A stretch of DNA of 63,885 bases, filler included, from an uncultured bacterium (lineage in GTDB: Bacteria; CAZSTA01), in the NCBI GenBank assembly GCA_964609495.1. It is 4 parts of 4 records of this genome, joined end to end, with 100 filler letters (N's around TTAATTAATTAA, not from the genome) between each part and the next. Parts side by side here need not be neighbours in the genome. Positions count along the whole stretch, not along the records: positions 51,699 to 63,885 come from CAZSTA010000103.1; 3 more parts are not named here. One strand, 5' to 3'. A program made the translations under genes and the position numbers. Positions 63,210 through 63,885 of the stretch are shown in pieces (position 1 is the stretch's first letter; every line of letters begins with the position of its first letter). The notes beneath the pieces are model-generated. The model was not told the DNA's origin and made no database searches. It saw nothing but the letters and a program-made list of their open reading frames with translations.

Positions 63210-63885
63210 ATGAGACTGGGAAAGTATGTATGGCAGATGTCAGAAGTTGATAAGGTGAGAATATTGATAATAATTATAAGCGTTCTATTGCTATTATCAA
63301 GTCTCTTAATATTTTTCTTCTACCAAGCGGGTCAGGAGGCGGGAGGAACGAGGGTAAGCGTTATATGGCTTTCCTCTCTCTTGGCGCTTATTTTAGCTAT
63401 CTCTCTATACGGTGGGCTTACAGGGGGGTTACTTGCTGCAGTAGTGATAATCTTCGTCTCAGGCGGAGTTACAACTATTATGAAAAGCTCACTTAGTGTA
63501 TTCTGGTTGTTATGTTGTGCTTGGACGGGGATTTTCGGAGGGCTTCTTAGTGATATATTGCGCAGGTGGTATAGGGAGAGCCAGCGACAATTCGCCGAGA
63601 TAGGATCTCTTTTAAGGGAGGATAAAGCCACGGGGTTAGATAGCCCTCAGCATTTCGATCTCGAGCTCAGAGCCTCTACCAGAAGGGCCTTACTCTATAG
63701 GCGAGATCTCGCTTTGATGATGGTTAAGATCGATGATCTTGCCTGGATGAAGGATCGTTATGGAGAGGAGACCCAACAGTATATACTTCAGGAGGTCGCC
63801 GAGATTCTCTCCGGAGGTTTGAGGGGCGCGGATGTTATCGCTAGATATAGCCAGGATGTTTTTGGGGCTTTGTTGCCTAAGACCC
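63210..63885 (+). CDS. Membrane protein with a degenerate GGDEF domain, 3'-truncated by the window end
   Basis: Manual translation gives about 4 TM segments, then DKATGL, KIDDL, DRYG and RGADVIARYSQDVF. Not in the ORF track. Confidence 0.8.
   Translation, partial: MRLGKYVWQMSEVDKVRILIIIISVLLLLSSLLIFFFYQAGQEAGGTRVSVIWLSSLLALILAISLYGGLTGGLLAAVVIIFVSGGVTTIMKSSLSVFWLLCCAWTGIFGGLLSDILRRWYRESQRQFAEIGSLLREDKATGLDSPQHFDLELRASTRRALLYRRDLALMMVKIDDLAWMKDRYGEETQQYILQEVAEILSGGLRGADVIARYSQDVFGALLPKT

Noticed and set aside
332-63631. Numerous 60-190 aa ORFs nested in or antisense to long genes (for example 24637-25209, 33466-33948, 13296-13733, 63332-63631)
   Set aside because: They are shadow frames of well-supported genes, with no recognisable motifs.

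Overview
The window is not contiguous DNA. It holds four assembly segments (1-17195, 17296-34402, 34503-51598, 51699-63885) joined by artificial 100-bp N/TTAATTAATTAA/N linkers. The sequence is bacterial, with near-consensus sigma70 promoters and GGAGG Shine-Dalgarno sites; the lineage cannot be assigned from sequence alone. Segment 1 has a HEAT-repeat/RNA-methyltransferase fusion, pgeF, birA, a secreted transglutaminase, a sugar-utilisation locus (GH35, an uncharacterised glycosidase-like protein, ABC transporter), nnr and a HicA-like fragment. Segment 2 has an efflux adaptor with 31-aa repeats, a UroD-family protein, holA, rpsT, two geranylgeranyl-reductase-family genes, a keto-sugar redox/TIM-barrel pair, xylB, a Thr-type sulfatase-like hydrolase and a truncated proS. 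Segment 3 has a CNNM-cdd-rpiB-deoC-recO-glyQ run in which RpiB and DeoC carry microcompartment-type N-terminal extensions, an aldo/keto reductase bracketed by inverted repeats, a lipoprotein TPR-CHAT protease and a CsgG-family lipoprotein. Segment 4 has secDF-lapA-like-recJ, then a roadblock / V4R / DUF4388-MshEN-like-wHTH / small GTPase / roadblock module, an MMPL transporter and a degenerate GGDEF membrane protein. The best candidates for an undescribed system are that kinase-less, V4R-containing GTPase switch and the apparently orphaned microcompartment cargo pair rpiB/deoC. A modular palindromic repeat family (REP/MITE-like) occurs at least six times. I recognised no rRNA, tRNA, CRISPR array or intact transposase. 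Family assignments rest on motif recognition by eye, not on database searches.
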